64,000 nucleotides of DNA from Haliotis cracherodii (Eukaryota): assembly GCF_022045235.1 (NCBI RefSeq), contig NW_027266275.1:16492001-16556000 (forward strand), written 5' to 3'. How positions within the stretch are numbered: the first letter of the stretch is position 1; every line of letters starts with the position of its first letter. The position numbers and the translations under genes are program-made. The notes below the pieces were generated by a model that saw only the letters and a list, made by a program, of their open reading frames with translations, ran no database searches and was not told the origin of the DNA. Below are positions 1-12,700 of this stretch, piece after piece.

Positions 1-631
1 CTCACTCTGTGTGTGTGTGGCAGTTCGATCAATTGTTACATCAATGCTGGTCGTGTGAGCATTGTACGCTAACTGTGTGTGTGGCAGTTCGATCGATTGT
101 TACATCAATGCTGGTCGTGTAAGCATTGTACGCTCACTCTGTGTGTGTGTGGCAGTTCGATCAATTGTTACATCAATGCTGGTCGTGTAAGCATTGTACG
201 CTAACTCTGTGTGTGTGTGTGTGTGTGTGGCAGTTCGATCAATTGTTACATCAATGCTGTACGTGTAAGCATTTTACGCTAACTCTGTGTGTGTGTGGCA
301 GTTCGATCAGTTGTTACATCAATGCTGGACGTGTAAGCATTGTACGCTAACTGTGTGTGTGTGGCAGTTCGATCAATTGTTACATCAATGCTGGTCGTGT
401 AAACATTGTACGCTAATTATGTGTGTGTGTGTGTGTGTGGCAGTTCGATCAGTTGTTACCTCAATGCTGGTCGTGTAAGCATTGTACGCTAACTCTGTGT
501 GTGTGTGTGTGGCAGTTCGATCAATTGTTACATCAATGCTGGTCGTGTAAGCATTGTACGCTCACTCTGTGTGTGTGGCAGTTCGATCAATTGTTACATC
601 AATGCTGGTCGTGTAAACATTGTACGCTAAT

Positions 632-670
<39 letters not shown>

Positions 671-1001
671 CAGTTCGATCAGTTGTTACCTCAATGCTGG
701 TCGTGTAAGCATTGTACGCTAACTGTGTGTGTGTGGCAGTTCGATCAATTGTTACATCAATGCTGGTCGTGTAAACATTGTACGCTAATTATGTGTGTGT
801 GTGTGTGTGGCAGTTCGATCAGTTGTTACCTCAATGCTGGTCGTGTAAGCATTGTACGCTAACTCTGTGTGTGTGTGTGTGGCAGTTCGATCAATTGTTA
901 CATCAATGCTGGTCGTGTAAGCATTGTACGCTCACTCTGTGTGTGTGGCAGTTCGATCAATTGTTACATCAATGCTGGTCGTGTAAACATTGTACGCTAA
1001 T

Positions 1002-1044
<43 letters not shown>

Positions 1045-1688
1045 CAGTTCGATCAGTTGTTACCTCAATGCTGGTCGTGTAAGCATTGTACGCTAACTCT
1101 CTCTCTCTGTGTGTGGCAGTTCGATCAATTGTTACATCAATGCTGGTCGTGTAAGCATTGTACGCTCAATCTGTGTGTGGCAGTTCGATCAATTGTTACA
1201 TCAATGCTGGTCGTGTAAGCATTGTACGCTAACTGTGTGTGTGGCAGTTCGATCAATTGTTACATCAATGCTGTACGTGTAAGCATTGTACGCTAATTAT
1301 GTGTGTGTGTGGCAGTTCGATCAATTGTTACATCAATGCTGGTCGTGTAAGCATTGTACGCTAACTGTGTGTGGCAGTTCGATCAATTGTTACATCAATG
1401 CTGGTCGTGTAAGCATTGTACGCTAACTCTGTGTGTGTGTGTGTGTGTGTGTGTGGCAGTTCGATCAATTGTTACATCAATGCTGGTCGTGTAAGCATTG
1501 TACGCTAACTGTGTGTGTGTGGCAGTTCGATCAATTGTTACATCAATGCTGGCCGTGTAAGCATTGTACGCTAACTGTGTGTGTGTGGCAGTTCGATCAA
1601 TTGTTACATCAATGCTGTACGTGTAAGCATTGTACGCTAACTCTGTGTGTGTGTGTGTGTGGCAGTTCGATCAATTGTTACATCAATG
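1..1688. repeat. Tandem satellite: ~54-bp constant unit plus variable (TG)n, about 24 units, running into an assembly gap
   Basis: Unit GCAGTTCGATCAATTGTTACATCAATGCTGGTCGTGTAAGCATTGTACGCTAAC followed by (TG)n, counted about 24 times. The Cys/Val-rich ORFs are translations of this repeat. Confidence 0.95.
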
Positions 1689-1871
1689 NNNNNNNNNNNN
1701 NNNNNNNNNNNNNNNNNNNNNNNNNNNNNNNNNNNNNNNNNNNNNNNNNNNNNNNNNNNNNNNNNNNNNNNNNNNNNNNNNNNNNNNNNNNNNNNNNNNN
1801 NNNNNNNNNNNNNNNNNNNNNNNNNNNNNNNNNNNNNNNNNNNNNNNNNNNNNNNNNNNNNNNNNNNNNNN
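1689..1871. other. Assembly gap (N run)
   Basis: Run of N. Confidence 1.
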
Positions 1872-2925
1872 CAAGTAGCCGACTAGCCCTTGTTTATTCC
1901 CTTAATGCCGAACGCCTTATTGCTCTCGCTGTGTGGGCGCGGGTGTTATCATGCTGAAACTCGTTGTTGCGGCGACGTGCCAAATGAGGAATGGCGTGTG
2001 GTCTGAAGACTTGATCAAAGTACATAGCTGCTGTGACACTATTGCCTCTTCCTGGACCGATGTCCTGGAAGACCACATGCAGGACCGACCCTCTGTGCAA
2101 GACCAATTCCACTCCACACCATGATGCTCGGACCTACCCTCGAGTCTCAACAACACAAGCATCCGAATAACATTTTCATCGACTCTCTCTCTCTCTCTCT
2201 CTGCCATCTGCTGTTGAGACTCTTCTCCATTGCTGGGGCCGCCAATGATGGTGTTGTGTTGCCCTCTGAAGACGGCCCCGGCGATGACGTGGTGTCAGAA
2301 TGGGTCGTCGGTGTGGACTGTGACAGTGGAGGTGTCTGCTCGTCAATCGTCGACGCACGGTGTCCGCACTAATGTGTCGCTGGTGTGTCCTCATGGTCTG
2401 TCGAGCAGTTTCCGCAGCAGTAACAAAGCGATCTTGAAGATGCTGTCGCGCAATCTGACGATCCTTGGTCTTCTACTACGTGGTCGGTCATCTGTGTTGG
2501 TGGTCTGGTACCGTTGCTGGAGCCTGTATATTGTCCTTACGTGGATTTGAAATGCATTGGTTACTTGCCGGGCGGTTTGTCCAGCTTGCAATCGTCCAAG
2601 GGCTTGATGTCGCTGACTTCTTGTCAATCTTGGCATGTGGTAGCAATGCAATAACGAATGAATGGTATCCGATCTTGGTGGTTTTTATAGGGCAAGAAAT
2701 GGGGGAACGCATATGCATTTCAATTTGCACGAAACTCACGTGCATCGGGTTACCATGGCCGTTGCCGTGATGCGTTTTGGCGATTAGTTTTATTGTCATC
2801 TGCTTTGTTTTTTAATCATCATATGTAATTTTTGCGGACAAGGTAATGTTAAATTTGGGAAACTTTGACAAAAATTACCCAGATGACAATCTTACTTGGG
2901 GTGACGTTTCTTTTGCGGTTCAGTA
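1872..2925 (-). mobile_element. Degenerate Tc1-family DNA transposon (3' end lost in the gap)
   Basis: Fragmented transposase: MPRLTRSQRHQALGRLQAG...DRPRSRRPR (paired HTH), ISADTVRRRL...RRPILTPRHR, FQHDNTRAHTAR. TIR-like TACTGAACCGCAAAAGAAAC next to TA at about 2925. Confidence 0.85.
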
Positions 2926-3285
2926 TATATGTTGAGCGAATACAGTTTGTTAAAATCTTTGTGCCTGGACCGATATCTAATATCGACAGTCAACAGAGGC
3001 ATTTCAAAATCGCTGACGTCATGTGAACAAGAAGGTTCGTGGAACTTAGATGAAAATAGCCCCACGGCACTGTAGCTCACCTGGCTATGAAGTCAACAAA
3101 TTAGAATGCCAATATAACGCAAAACGTCAACGCCAGAGAATGATCAGTCTAGAATATCTGCAGACACAGATTCAATTGGGCGTAAAAGGGATGGCAAGTG
3201 TTCGCGAAATGGGTAAGCATGTCCCGCTCTACCGGCAACACCCACCACCCATTCAATTTGATGTTGGAGATTTTCATTAAATATA

Positions 3286-4769
3286 CACTGGCCAAAAAAA
3301 GAAACGCATAACATAAAAATCAGTGTTTCATTACATGTTTAATGAAATAGAATTACACAATAAATAATGAAGATACAACAACCAAATTTTACACAGGATG
3401 AGACACATGTTTTTTACACTACAAACAGTCTTTTAATGTTCCAAGGGACGTCTGTGTCTGTGATGGCACTGTGCCAAAATCAGTACCGGATGTTACCACC
3501 ACGAGCATCGATCACAGCTCTGCACCGCCTTGGCATGGATTGTATGAGTCGTCGAATCTGGCGTTGTGGAATCCTTCTCCACTCATCCTGCAATGCATGG
3601 TTCAGCTGTTGAAGCGTCTGTGGTTGAGGCTGTCGGTGTCATACACGTCTGTCTAGCAGATCCCACAAATGTTCAATGGGGTTTAGATCAGGCGATTTGG
3701 AGGGCCATTGCAGCACAGTAACATTGTTGTGGGCAAGATAATCCATGGTAACACGTGCAGTATGCGTTGCGTTGTCTTGCCGGAAAATCTCTCTTCTGAC
3801 GTCAATGGCGGGAATAACGTGACGTTGAAGGATTTCATCACGGTAGCGTACAGCAGTTAAATTTCCCTGCACGTGCACCAGATCTGTCCTATCATTCACG
3901 GATATGCCTGCCCACATCATGACACTTCCACCGCCGTATCGGTCGACTTCATGAATACAGTGTCGAGTGTAGCGTTCATTTCTCCGTCTGTAGACACGCA
4001 TCCTACCATCATGGCGATACAGCATGAGCCGCGACTCATCACCAAACCATATCCTTCTCCAGTGCACTAGGGTCAATGGTCGAACATTTCTGCTCCATTG
4101 CAGACGTGCACGACGATGATGTTGCAGCAGAACAGGCGCTGTATATGGTCTCATTGGCCGTATCCCATGCTGTCTTGGACGACTCTACGAAGACCAGGAA
4201 CATTGTTAGCTGTGTATGCTGCACTGATTGTCCGGTTGCGAAGATGCAACACCAAGATGAAGCGGTCCTGCGCCGCAGTTGTGACCCTGGGTCTTCCACT
4301 TCTCGGTCGATCTCTTGTAGAGTTGTGGAGTCTGTAGCGCTGCCACAGACGAGAAACGGTACTCTGCTTCACGTTAAAGTGCCTGGCTACTGATGTCTGA
4401 CTTTCTCCAGCTTCCAGACGTCCAATGGTTCTGTTTCTACAGTCTTCATTCAGTCTTGGCATCATGAGAGTCACGTATACAGAACATCGGAGAGGACTGC
4501 CAAATTTTTATACCCATCAGTATAAAGGTTAAGTAGCCGTATTTGCACATGCAGCATGCTTACAGCTTTTTCTCCATGTAATTTGTCCCAGTTTGATTTC
4601 AAGATGCTGTATTTTGGCTCCAAATGTTGTGTTCGGGTGCAAAAAATTAGTGTAAGGTCAATATTCACAGTTAGCAATGACATTTACATTGGGTTTTAAG
4701 CTTCATCTTTAATAACAGTCACTTTTGAAAAACAGATTTCAGCTATGCATTTCTTTTTTTGGGCCAGTA
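3286..4769 (-). mobile_element. Near full-length Tc1 (DD34E-type) transposon with a frameshifted transposase
   Basis: TIRs CACTGGCCAAAAAAAGAAACGCATA and TATGCATTTCTTTTTTTGGGCCAGTA with TA on both sides. ORF pieces 4474-4151 and 4154-3639 contain WFGDESR, GGGSVMMWAGIS, RQDNA and WPSKSPDLNPIEHLW. Confidence 0.93.
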
Positions 4770-4920
4770 TACTTCTGAATATTCTGAGAAAAAGAAAGAA
4801 AAAGTTGTTTTTGCCACCTTGTTTACGCCTACATATACTTTAAGAGGTTTTTCATGTTGCCTTAAATCCTCTCATAGTAATTCTCATGTACGAAAGGTTC
4901 AGCTTTGTATAGCTAGTTCT

Positions 4921-5265
4921 GACCGCCTCCGTGGTCTAATGGTAGAGCGTCCTCCCGGAGAGCGGAAGGGGTTCGATCCCCAGCCGCGTCATACCAAAAG
5001 ACGTTAAAAGATGGTACTTGTGTTACCCTGTCTGGCGCTCGGCATTAAGGGGCTAAAACAAGGATTGGTCGGCTCGGAGTCAGTATACTGTGTCTGAGTG
5101 GGGTATTCATGTTAAACTGCGGCATGGTATCTCAGTGAGCTAGCACTATAAATCGGCATCCGGACTAGTACAAGCAGCCACACAATAACACACACGTACA
5201 TGCACGTCGCTATATAAGTGCAATAATCTTGGACGCGACGTTAAACCCCATTTCACCTCACCTAT
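4921..5265 (+). mobile_element. tRNA-derived SINE, family M (Meta/MESC-like central domain), full length
   Basis: A box TGGTCTAATGG, B box GGTTCGATCCC, central CATACCAAAAGACGTTAAAAGATGGTACTTG...GGCATTAAGG, tail GACGTTAAACCCCATTTCACCTCAC. Other pieces at about 10695-10787, 13695-13975, 14355-14540 and 55018-55130 (all minus). The superfamily name is from recall. Confidence 0.85.
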
Positions 5266-6863
5266 ACCTATTTCTTGAAAATATATATTTGTGAATTTTG
5301 ATTTATCTATATATTTAAACAAAAATTAATACTAAAAGCATAATGATCAGTATACAGTATGATATCATTATGAAACATCGGCATCGTCAGTCCAGCAGTT
5401 TTTAGAGACATCTACAAAAAAAAGAAGGTATTTAGCGACAATTTAAGAACGTCAAAACACATTAAAGCGTTAAAATTTAAAATATTGCACAAAACTTCAT
5501 TAAATGTCGATGAATGAGTTGAGCATGACTACTTACTATATATATTCCAATTTCAACACATTCTCAAAACTAATGAGTAACGGGTATGGAAGCCGTGTCG
5601 GCCATATTGAAAGTTGCATTTGAACCTCTTGAGAAAATTCATTATTTTTGGGAGCAAGTCTGTGAAATTTCTGCTTCATTAGTCCAGTGGTTTCGGGGAA
5701 GGTGTTTTACAGAGCCGGGATCAGTTTGCTAACTTAAGTATTGATTTGATGAAAACTATGTTCAACCAGAGAGGTTTCCATACAAGGGAGATAATGCATG
5801 CAGTGTTATGGGCAAATAATATCTTGTCGCTTTGATACCAACATACTAATTAGTTCGGGTCACAGAGACGGTTTCAGTTTTCATTCCGACTTTTACATCT
5901 TTTTGCAGTAGGAGTTTCGGGTTGAATTGCGTATTTCCAAGGCAGTCAATGAAACAGGGCATGACACGGTAGCGTAGCAAAGCGGAGTACATTTTTAAGT
6001 AAATTTCAATGTAAATTTTACATAAGGAAAAACATGTTATATTAATTTTCTGGTGGTTTGAAATGAAACAAGAAAACATTGATGCAGAGCATCAAAGTTC
6101 ACCGCCATATGTGATGCCTCACAAACGCATAATCATGATGTTACTGAAAGGCATGGAGGAGCATAATTATATAAACCACAAATAACACAACGCTGTTGTG
6201 GAATTTTTAAAAATTTATTTTGATACATGTGCATAGGGTAGGTCTATTTAAAAATAGTTTCTTGTTTAACACCGCACTCAGCAGTATTCAAGCCATATGA
6301 CCAGATATGTGATTAACACCAAGAGCATCGAACTACGCAATTGGAATATGATGTTATGCATCGACCAAATCGGCGAGCCTGACTACCCAATCCTGTTCGT
6401 CGCCTCTTACGGCAAGCATGGGTTTATTTAAAAGGTAGATCGAAGGAAATGGAAGCGATTTCTGGCGCAAATGTAAACATATTGAAATAGTATCAAAACT
6501 GCCAAGAACATTGGCAGATGCACATACTCAAATAATAGATCACATTCTTTTTACACTTGGCATTTGGTTATAATAATGTCAATGAAAATACTAAGGGCTC
6601 CATATGGCAAAAAGGTCATACTAGATGAGGTCTTTTTGTCACAACCACAGATGCACATACTCAAAATATTATCACGTAATTGGAGAGCATTTCAATACCG
6701 GGACTTATCAATAACGGAGATTCCTGGTCTCTTGCTCTACGTTTTTGGGTCAGTTTCTTTTTTGTATTTCTTTCTTTCAAAGATGGTTGTGTTGAGTTAC
6801 TTGGTCTTTTTCTATGTACTGGTTTACTTGTAACAATTGCTGGTTTGAGTTCATATGATGATG

Positions 6864-7066
6864 ATTGATTGGTTTGTCGTTTAACGCCGCACTCAGCAAT
6901 ATTCCAGCTATATGACGGCGTTCTGTAAATAATCGAGTCTGGACCAGACAATCCAGTGATTAATATCATGAGCATCGATCCACGCAATTGGGATGGATGC
7001 CATGCATCAACCAAAGCCTGACCACCCGATCCCGTTAGTCGCCTCTTACGACAAACACAGTCGCCT
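6864..7066 (-). mobile_element. SINE family R (RUDI-like head), partial copy
   Basis: Matches the TSD-bounded copy at 45052-45278. Further partial or degenerate copies at about 6262-6424, 12140-12350, 23902-24050 and 47350-47428 (minus) and 46114-46356 (plus). Confidence 0.85.
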
Positions 7067-7079
7067 GATATATTGTTAA

Positions 7080-7570
7080 GATGTAACATAACAATTCATC
7101 CATACTACTAAACAGAAGTAAAACTGCTTGTCCATTCGGATCAGTCGGACCCAAACCATTCCGCTGATGAGACTCAAATTATGCAAACGAATCAAAAACC
7201 GTAAAAATTGCAATAGAGACATCATTAAAAGCTACCAAAAGTGACTTGGATATTATTACTTGTTGAAATGATTCTATGAAATTTGTTTTCCCTGCTTCAA
7301 TATTTGGAGCACCTGTGACGGGGCCATAAAACTGATTTTGACCTAAATACCCCTCATAGCCTTCGGTGTTAACTATGTGACTGTAGAGAGATGTGCGTTC
7401 ATCCAACAGATTATCGAGGTCAGTGGAACACGGTACAGACGCAAATAGATTTGAGCCATGGGACACAAAATATATGATAGCGACCAGAGCTACGGCTGTA
7501 CATTGAATTCCATTAAACGGTTGAAAAATACTACAGCCTTGATGCAAATTCGCCGACACACTACTTCGAT
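7080..7570 (-). pseudogene. Herpesvirus-tegument-like cysteine protease (peptidase C76-like) domain relic, probably transposon (Helitron) derived
   Basis: Reads SANLHQGCSIFQPFNGIQCTAVALVAIIY...DLDNLLDERTSLY...FA*FESHQRNGLGPTDPNGQAVLLLFSSMDELLCYI. The HQG-GxQC and F(D/E)SH motifs are present, with an in-frame stop at 7179-7181. Confidence 0.65.
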
Positions 7571-9169
7571 TTTGCTTTGACTTAAACGTTCCACATGTGG
7601 CTATGTGCGGTGCACTTATTAAAAAAAACACGGGGGACTGGGTTAATTCAAAATACGGAAAATAACTATTCCAAATATTTCCAGTGAACATGAGCATCCA
7701 AGCAATCAAAAGTGTAGTATGTAGAATGTGGCATTCAGACATATTGTATTTAAATTGAGATGTCGTCGTTGTTCATGAATAAGCATATTCAGAACATATT
7801 TTATATTATGCTGTTATTTACGATCTCCGGAGTACAGTTCTTCGGAAGATATAGTTAATCAGAAAATAAGTCCTTGAGGAAAAAAGGACATCGGATTACA
7901 CATGAATGGTTTAATAATGTCAGCTTATGACCAGAAACGGTCAGACGCATCAATTAACTACATAAAGACTCTTGTAATGGCCGCGCTCACACTGGTGCAG
8001 CGATGTTACTGAGAGTGTAACGAAGGTGTCACGCGCTGGGAAGGAGCTTGGGTATGGGAGAATAAAAATGGCGGTAAGAAAACGACGTCCGCGTCTAGTT
8101 GTCCGTGGTATCATGAAATAGTTCACAGGAATAATTATAGTAGAAGACAGGTCCCACAACGCAACGATACCATAATCGAATGCATCGTTTACATGTCAGT
8201 GACTTAAGTCTCCTACTCTTTACTTGTTTGCCGAGCACAACATGTGCTACCGTTGGGAACAGCTGTAGTCGGGGGCTTTTATTGACCAGCTAGGTAGGAA
8301 CAATGCATCACATCGTGGACAACTGGGATTTAACTTCCTTATAGTTAATATTATGAGGCGTACTTACATCGTCGTGATATACCAGTTCAATACGTAATAA
8401 AACTACATTGAAGCTACAACCAGTGCAAAGTAATGGTTATGTATATTGATGTCCTCATTCCACGGTGTCAGTAGTACAATAGAACATACGCCACACAGCT
8501 GTTTTGAGGTATTGTCACAGATATAGTTATTTATTAAATATATAAATAAAGTGGCAAACTTTATTTTTCTAGGTCTGAAGTAATCTCTGGAGCAGAATTC
8601 ATTGTCCGAAGTCAAATACCAAATTGACTTAACGTATACTGGAAACAGTAAAACCTTAGACTTCTGGGTTGTCCAGCTATGTCACATATTTCTGTAAATA
8701 ATCGAGTCTGATAAGACTGTGCAAGTAAATCATTTTAATCCTGAATTCTGCTTTGTCCAGACTCGACTATTTTACAGCATCTGAAAGTCAGTTTGCTGAG
8801 TCATTCTTTTGAAGGTTTACGTGATATGAAAGCTCATTCGATAATAAATGAAATATTGTAAACAATAAATATCAAATACTATTTTTATAGAAAACATTTG
8901 GCTTTTTTCCAGCTGTAGCTACTGTGCCATCGATATAACTCCTGCGTGATAAGTTGATGCAAACACAAGCGATATTTCGTTTATAAATCTATATTTCAAG
9001 GGTATCAATAACATCCTATTATATACATAATATCAACTTTTGTTAAATAACGTAAGACTCGTACCAGGCACGTATAAGTTAACGTTTCACAAAAAAATCA
9101 CAACACTTGCAGGGACATATACGAGGATAACTCCTCATCAGCAACATTTTAAAAAGTCATCGACCCCAG

Positions 9170-9760
9170 GTGTCCTTTGCTTCAAGTCTTCTCCTTCATG
9201 TCCTTTGCTTCAAGTCTTGTCCTTCATGTCCTTTGCTTCAAGTCTTATCCTTCATGTCCTTTGCTTCAAGTCTTGTCCTTCATGTCATATACTTCAAGTC
9301 TTGTCCTTCATGGCATATACTTCAAGTCTTGTCCTTCATGTCATTTGCTTCAAGTCTTGTCCTTCATGTCATTTGCCTCAAGTCTTGTCCTTCATGTCCT
9401 TTGCTTCAAGTCTTGTCCTTCATGTCCTTTGCTTCAAGTCTTGTCCTTCATGTCATTTGCTTCAAGTCTTGTCCTTCATGTCATATACTTCAAGTCTTGT
9501 CCTTCATGTCCTTTGCTTCAAGTCTTGTCCTTCATGTCCTTTGCTTCAAGTCTTGTCCTTCATGTCATTTGCTTCAAGGCTTGTCCTTCATGTCATATAC
9601 TTCAAGTCTTGTCCTTCATGTCATAAACTTCAAGTTTTGTCCTTCATGTCATATACTTCAAGTCTTGTCCTTCATGTCATATACTTCAAGTCTTGTCCTT
9701 CATGTCATAAACTTCAAGTTTTGTCCTTCATGTCATATACTTCAAGTCTTGTCAATCAAG
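9170..9760. repeat. 28-bp minisatellite, about 21 units, directly 3' of the C1GALT1-a stop codon
   Basis: Unit GTCCTTCATGTCCTTTGCTTCAAGTCTT with variants (GTCATATAC, GTCATTTGC, GTCATAAAC). Confidence 0.95.
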
Positions 9761-9787
9761 TCCCGTGTGAAGTTTAAAGGGGAAGTT

Positions 9788-12700
9788 TTAACGGAGTCTG
9801 TTCACTGATGTAGGTACTGTTTGATGTGACTCCCCCTGCAGGCGGTAGACTGTTGGTTTCCGATAACCATGCACAGTGAGATTGTTGAGGAGAAAGTGCA
9901 TCGCTCTCATACCACCATTCCGTGCATAGTGGAAACTAACGGAGACATTGCTTGCAACGTTGTGACGACTCTGAAATGTAAAGCCTCTTCTTTGCATACT
10001 CTTCTTTGGCACTGAGGGATTATACATGGGCAATGAGGAGGAAATTCATCAGGAAAGTAACTACTGACTCATAGATTGAACATGACACCAAACGTCTTAA
10101 CCGGTTTGTTGTTTAACGCCTCACTTAGCAAAATTCCAGCTTTATAACGGCGCTCTGTAAATAATCAAATCTGGACCAGACAATCCAGTTATTGACATCA
10201 TGAGCATCGATCCACGCAATTAGGATACAATGACATGCATCAACCTAGTCAGCGAGCCTGACCACCCGATCCCGTTAGTCGACTCTCACGACAAGCACAG
10301 TCGCCTCTAAGGCAAGCATGAGTTGCTGAAGACCTATTCCAGGCCCGGATCTTGCAATATGGTATGGCATACAACACAAAGGCTATATGTTTTTGCTTGT
10401 TTGATTGTTGTTTAACGCCGCACTCAGCAATATTCCAGCTATATGACGGCGGTCTGTAAAATAATGGAGTCTGAACCAGACAATCCAGTCATTGACATCA
10501 TTAGCATCGATCCACGCAATTGGGATCGATGATATGGGAGCCTGACCATCCGACAAGCATAGCCGCCTTTTACGGCAAGCATGGGAATCTTCACGGGGCT
10601 ATGTGCAAGTACTTACCAATTTTGGCAATGTTAAGTCACAAGATACTATTTATTTTACGGTTTGTTTCTGATATAAGGTGGTGAAATCGGTGTTTCACCT
10701 TTTAACGTCTTTGTATGACGATGCCGAACCACCGACCTTCCGCTCTCCGGGCAGACGCTCTATCCACTAGACCACAGATGCGGCCTCTCACATGCTAATG
10801 TCCAAGATCTTGTAGAAGACCAGAAATTAAATACGATCATTTGAAATAGAGGGTTTTCTTTCCGCTTTCTGCTAATAATAAATTACCTCTGAAGGCCTAC
10901 CCCTTTTGTGCTAACTGTGTTCATAATACAGCGAAACATTTTGTCCGGTCACCGTCAGTCTTGAAATTCTGCTTTCCGAGATATATATATACAGTGTCAA
11001 TTATTCAGTTTTATAATTCAGTTGATCTGAAAATTCGTGGACGGTTTAAATGGGTTTGTTTGTTGTTTCAGCCATATTCAAGCTATATGGAGGTGAGCAT
11101 GTACCGTCTTACCAGTAGCACCAGCAACTAATACAAAAATGCATAAAAAAGTGTTTAATGACAGACGCCGCACAACAGTCCACCTGCCATGCCACTGCGG
11201 CCTGTAAACAAACCAGACACTCAAGTGATCGATGGACCAGAAATTCCCGTGACACAATAGCGCATTTACTGATTTTGTTGTAACTAAAGACTATACGTCA
11301 ATTTTGAGTTAGTTTTCTGTTTATTGTGCAGGAATTCTGCTGCTTATCAGTAAAGAAAAACGTTTAAAAAAGAAAGGACATTCCGGAAAACAAAATATGT
11401 GTTGCTTCCTGGTTTCGGTTACGTATCCAGCGACAGTATATATGTCAAGACTTTTCCCTGATGACGGGGATGAAACAAGATGGAGAACGGATTCAGCGTT
11501 GTGTTTTGTTTTCTAGCCATGTTCAAACATATATCAGGGAGAATGATATATAAACTGCCAGATACAAAAGAATGTTTACACCCACACATTGATTATTCGA
11601 TGGTTATGTATTTGATATTGGTATCATAGTTGTGTTTTTGGACCTCAGGTTTGTAGAGTTTCGGCGACTGTTTTCAACCGAGTGACGTTTTGACAACACG
11701 TCTAACTTGTCGGTCAAATTTTCAAGTTCATACCTTTCTATGCCCGGCTGTTTATATTATACCGTCACTGGATGTGACATCGGCACATCATGAAATAATT
11801 CATCCTCAATGTTATAATAATACATTTGAAGGGATGGACAACAGTGATATCACATCAACTCAATCAACTCGATACTCCGAAACTCCGCTAATCCGGAATT
11901 TTTAGATTTCTAATGAAATCCCCCTGATTAACCAATCATGTTTCTGTATTTATGACCTATTAATCAGCTGTAATCGTTCCAGACACTAATCGCCGGAAGG
12001 CAGGTTCCAGACTAACGGAGTCCGGTCTAACGAGGTTTCACTCGAAGGAGACTCCTTACCGACACTGTGGTTTAATATCGACACTCCGCATGTGTCGAAC
12101 TACGGATAACTGAAAACATATATCGATGTTTATGATTGTTAATGTTCAATGCTGCACACAGCAATATTGAAGACTGTAATCAATCGTGTCTGGTTCAGAC
12201 AAACCAGTGGTTGACATTGTGAGCAACGATCCACGCCATCGGGAAACGATAACATACAATCAACCAAGCACCAAACCTGACGACCCGATCCATTACGTCG
12301 CCTTTACGTTTCTAGGGGCCAATCCTAAACCGGAATCCGGGTTTTCAATTCCCCATAGAGTTTTGATTTAATTAGTTTCACTGTATATTTCCCAAATTTT
12401 AAAAAAACCCATCTCTCAATTCCTCACCCAGAATGGTTGTCTTTGTATCACCCAGTTAGGAGTGTCCTCTGTGATTCCTACCAGGTACAAGAAAACCGAA
12501 GACCAGTGGAACACGAAGTACCCATTTTGATCGACACTGTAAGATGGATGGACGCCGAGGGAGTTCAAGCATCTCCCTACAGCAGCGTCCTCTGCTCCCT
12601 GCATTGTACATTCCGTGGATTTATTTACATTTTGAACAAATTTCCTGAGAACATTTTTGCTCATCACATATCCTCCCCCACCACTGTGGTAGTGTAGACG

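Noticed and set aside
1-1688. CRISPR array or Cys-rich (metallothionein-like) ORFs
   Set aside because: Spacers are only (TG)n, there are no cas genes, the context is eukaryotic, and the ORFs change frame with TG length.
7163-7200. CTGATGA hammerhead candidate
   Set aside because: There is no GAAA after a convincing stem II, and the sequence is explained by the antisense protease codons (SHQR).
9040-9808. Long 149-245 aa ORFs in three frames
   Set aside because: They are by-products of a nearly stop-free 28-bp repeat, antisense to the C1GALT1-a 3' region.
11455-11485. CTGATGA...GAAAC hammerhead candidate
   Set aside because: No stem II pairing and no helix I or III partners.
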